36,264 nucleotides of DNA from IMG/VR virus record IMGVR_UViG_3300005612_000015, positions 1-36,264 of that record, one strand, 5' to 3'. The notes under the pieces were generated by a model that saw nothing but the letters and a program-made list of their open reading frames with translations, was not told the DNA's origin and ran no database searches. Both the position numbers and the translations under genes were made by a program. The stretch is from a virus. Taxonomy: Duplodnaviria; Caudoviricetes. Below are positions 33,939 through 36,264 of this stretch, in pieces; within the stretch, counting starts at the first letter, position 1, and every line of letters begins with the position of its first letter.

Positions 33939-34093
33939 TATCCTTCACTCCCCGGATCGCGCTCATAACAGCCGCATTGCTCGCTCCCAAACTGATCCTT
34001 GTAACAATACCACACAGGCATAGCGGCCTCGTGGTCCCATTCACCGACACCGTGAGCGCATGTCTCGCAGCATTTTGAATTTACGTGAGTCAT
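33938..34093 (-). CDS. Small Cys-rich protein (51 aa, MTHVNSKCCETCAH...)
   Basis: Read manually. AAGGA RBS; ATGA and TAATG coupling on either side. Confidence 0.65.
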   Translation of the reverse strand: MTHVNSKCCETCAHGVGEWDHEAAMPVWYCYKDQFGSEQCGCYERDPGSEG

Positions 34094-34383
34094 AATAGTT
34101 CCTTGTTCGCCATCTCAATCAACACGTCAGCATGGCATGGATCGGAAAGAGCGCAGAAACAAGCTAGATCCTTACCCCGCAGTGCCTTCAAGTCTTCCCG
34201 TGTGAACTTAATTCTACTATCGTTATTTATAACGGCCTCACGAAACAACATAACACATTCATCGGCACCACCATCCCTGCCGACCACAAACGGATTACCG
34301 TATTTATGCGGACGCGTCACAGATTTAGCATTGTCCGGCATCCGCCACCCTGAAGTACGTTTTCTTTGGATACGTTTTGGCAT
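34090..34383 (-). CDS. DUF4326 family protein
   Basis: PKRIQRKRT.GWRMP, V.RP.KYGNPF and LRGKDLACFC....PCHADVL motifs. Confidence 0.92.
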   Translation of the reverse strand: MPKRIQRKRTSGWRMPDNAKSVTRPHKYGNPFVVGRDGGADECVMLFREAVINNDSRIKFTREDLKALRGKDLACFCALSDPCHADVLIEMANKELL

Positions 34384-34463
34384 TTCCGTGACTCATCTTA
34401 ATTGTGGATCTGTGAACCAGCCACTCATTTCATCGCAATTAATTTTAAGGCTATTAGCTTTAT

Positions 34464-34637
34464 TCATGATAAATCCTCAATGTCTTTAACCAATTTAGCT
34501 AACGTAAAATCGCGTCCTGTGAATGAGCGCATCAAATACAATACATCCAGCTTCATTGATGCACGCCCGTCATCGCGCCCCAATGTATACGAGCTCTTTT
34601 TTCTCGCCTCATCGTAATGTTTATCGTCTTTGCTCAT
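34464..34637 (-). CDS. Small hypothetical protein (57 aa, MSKDDKHYDE...)
   Basis: Read manually. GGGGTGG RBS; ATGA overlap. Confidence 0.6.
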   Translation of the reverse strand: MSKDDKHYDEARKKSSYTLGRDDGRASMKLDVLYLMRSFTGRDFTLAKLVKDIEDLS

Positions 34638-34921
34638 AATTCCACCCCAGTTCTGTCTGTATAATACACATATCCCTGTATCGTGTTATACGGGATATTC
34701 AAAATCTCTGCGATTTGTTTAGGCATCACGCCATAATCATGTAGCTTCCTGACAAGTTCAACCTCATCATCTGTATTTTTACGATTGTTCAACCTTCGCC
34801 CATCAGGAAATCTCGCACGGCAGTTATCTTTGCCCTTTGTGATGTATTCGTAGTAATGAGGACGGCATAGGGTACGGCTCCACTCTTCCTTGTCACAGTA
34901 ATCAAAGCAACATGTTTTCAA
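34634..34921 (-). CDS. Cys/His Zn-finger-like plus HTH protein
   Basis: C....C......LC..HY N-terminus and G..PKQIAEILNIPYNTI HTH. GGGAGG RBS before a TTG start. Confidence 0.75.
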   Translation of the reverse strand: MKTCCFDYCDKEEWSRTLCRPHYYEYITKGKDNCRARFPDGRRLNNRKNTDDEVELVRKLHDYGVMPKQIAEILNIPYNTIQGYVYYTDRTGVEL

Positions 34922-35586
34922 AATAACCTCCCCTGTGCATAAGCGGCTTCGATACGCTCACATGCTATGTCAAAATACTTTGGTTCCTTCTCGATACCGA
35001 TGAAGGTGCGCTCGTGTGCGCAGGCCACGCCGGTTGTGCCGCTGCCCATGAAGGGGTCTAGGATGATTGAACAATCTTTCAAGAGTTTACCCATACACCA
35101 CCGCATCAACTCCGTTGGCTTCTGGGTCGGATGCTGCCGTATTTTTGCAATGCGATTGTTTGATATGTCTTTGTACAAATAAACACCATGCCCTCGACTA
35201 AACCAGCAGGTTTCCGCATCACTCAAGAATGAACCAAATGCAGCATCATGCCGTTTTATCCATACAAGACACGCTCCTGCAGGAAGTTTGTTTGGGAAAT
35301 TATGCCACCCCCAGATAATTTGTTCCTCCCCATAGCCAACCAAAAATGAAGGGTCAAAAGGTTCTGAATCTCCAGCAATTGGCTCACCGTTAGCCGTACC
35401 AACATCATTCCCTCTTTTGGCTATATGTCCAGCAGTGCCACCGCTAAATCTTGAATTATCAGTATTTAGATTTACCCCATAAGGCGGATCAGTCACCACG
35501 GCATCGACCTTGCCGAGCGTCGGCAGGATATCCATGCAGTCGCCGAGGTAGAGAGTGGCATCCCCGATTTTAACGATATCGTCCAT
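34918..35586 (-). CDS. DNA methyltransferase (N4/N6, beta class)
   Basis: LYLGDC, VVTDPPYG, HPTQKP, ILDPFMGSGTTGVA and FIGIE motifs. GGAGG RBS before ATG 35586. Confidence 0.95.
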   Translation of the reverse strand: MDDIVKIGDATLYLGDCMDILPTLGKVDAVVTDPPYGVNLNTDNSRFSGGTAGHIAKRGNDVGTANGEPIAGDSEPFDPSFLVGYGEEQIIWGWHNFPNKLPAGACLVWIKRHDAAFGSFLSDAETCWFSRGHGVYLYKDISNNRIAKIRQHPTQKPTELMRWCMGKLLKDCSIILDPFMGSGTTGVACAHERTFIGIEKEPKYFDIACERIEAAYAQGRLF

Positions 35587-35587
35587 C

Positions 35588-35848
35588 TCAGTACTGCCTC
35601 CTAACCCCATTAGCAAAACTCCAATTTGAGTTGTTACTGTTATTTCTGCGTGCTGCCTGTGACATACGACTATTGTGATTATCAACATAGGATTTTAAAA
35701 ACCCTATCTCACACATAGGGACATACTTGTATGATTTTTTCCTATCGTTGTCTTTCAGTGCAATAATAATCTTCGACTTTTCCTTGATCTTTGCCATATC
35801 TCCATCGGCAGGAGATTCCAACGCAAGCTTTGTATCATCAGTCAACAT
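35588..35848 (-). CDS. Hypothetical protein
   Basis: GGAGG RBS; ends just before the methyltransferase start. Confidence 0.65.
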   Translation of the reverse strand: MLTDDTKLALESPADGDMAKIKEKSKIIIALKDNDRKKSYKYVPMCEIGFLKSYVDNHNSRMSQAARRNNSNNSNWSFANGVRRQY

Positions 35849-35878
35849 TTACATGCCTCCGTTTCCAGTAGTTTGGGT

Positions 35879-36082
35879 CTATAGCTTTCCGTTATGGATT
35901 AAACTTAATGCAGTAGCGCGAGAGTTTTCATACCACTCGCCATATTCCATCACAAGGCTCTGAGCCTGTTCAAGCCAGTCTCCTGATCTGTCTGGATAGA
36001 GTAGTGGCGATGGAGCATCGAGCAATGATTTATGTGCGTGGTCTCTTTCATGCTTTAGTTCTTTGATTTTTTCAGGATTCAT
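35879..36082 (-). CDS. Hypothetical protein (start ATG 36082, MNPEKIKEL...)
   Basis: ATGA overlap with the upstream stop. Confidence 0.6.
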   Translation of the reverse strand: MNPEKIKELKHERDHAHKSLLDAPSPLLYPDRSGDWLEQAQSLVMEYGEWYENSRATALSLIHNGKL

Positions 36083-36264
36083 GATGTACCAAACCCAGAC
36101 GCGACAGCTTTTTTCCACAGATCGAACCGATCGGTTTTATCCCTCTCTTCAAGTGCAGCGAACCAGTTTAAAATATCTGTCTTCATCCCATCACAAATAA
36201 GGTCATCGTCTAGTGCTGCAGACAACCAGCTGCCAATATTTAGTTCTGCCTCTTCAAGAGTCAT
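36079..36264 (-). CDS. Hypothetical protein at the window edge
   Basis: IG.WLSAALDD..IC..MK.DI..WF motif; may extend beyond the window. Confidence 0.6.
   Translation of the reverse strand: MTLEEAELNIGSWLSAALDDDLICDGMKTDILNWFAALEERDKTDRFDLWKKAVASGFGTS

Larger units (their letters stand above)
1..36264. mobile_element. Tailed dsDNA bacteriophage (podovirus-like) genome segment
   Basis: Ordered terS, terL, portal, scaffold, capsid, adaptor, tail and ejection genes on the - strand; lambdoid-type recombination genes on the + strand; dense ATGA/TAATG gene overlaps; no host housekeeping genes; no tape-measure or sheath gene. Confidence 0.95.

Noticed and set aside
35587-35688. N-terminal extension of the methyltransferase
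   Set aside because: It overlaps 35588..35848, and a GGAGG RBS supports ATG 35586. There is no recognisable cognate restriction enzyme, so this is treated as an ordinary orphan methylase.
1-36264. Genome-wide stop-codon reassignment, tRNA genes, integrase/att site
   Set aside because: TGA, TAA and TAG all terminate clear genes and the core genes are intact in code 11. No cloverleaf or recombinase motifs were seen.

Overview
This window is most of a tailed dsDNA phage genome with podovirus-like (P22/SU10-type) head and tail architecture; both ends are truncated. Two transcription blocks converge on a bidirectional terminator at 5647-5678. The + strand block (1-5514) is early: a hexapeptide-repeat protein, an ERF annealase, a YqaJ/lambda-type exonuclease, NinB, DUF1364 and many small membrane or secreted ORFs. 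The - strand block (36264 to 5696) runs from a DNA methyltransferase, DUF4326, a RusA-like locus and an HTH gene through terS, an HNH endonuclease, terL, portal, scaffold, major capsid, an ART-PolyVal-like effector, adaptor, tail stabiliser, several fibre/adhesin genes and ejection proteins to a holin-like gene. I could not recognise an integrase, repressor, replication gene, tRNA, CRISPR array, reverse transcriptase or endolysin. The most unusual signals are: (1) a RusA-like resolvase whose N- and C-terminal halves lie in two different, almost fully overlapping reading frames; (2) an early protein carrying two copies of a terminase Walker-B-like peptide, alongside a TerL with a K-to-R Walker A; (3) a probable recoding site between a BspA-like adhesin and a lyase-like domain; (4) a 40-aa prepilin-like peptide; (5) three structured non-coding elements. 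All family calls come from motif recognition by eye, not from database searches.
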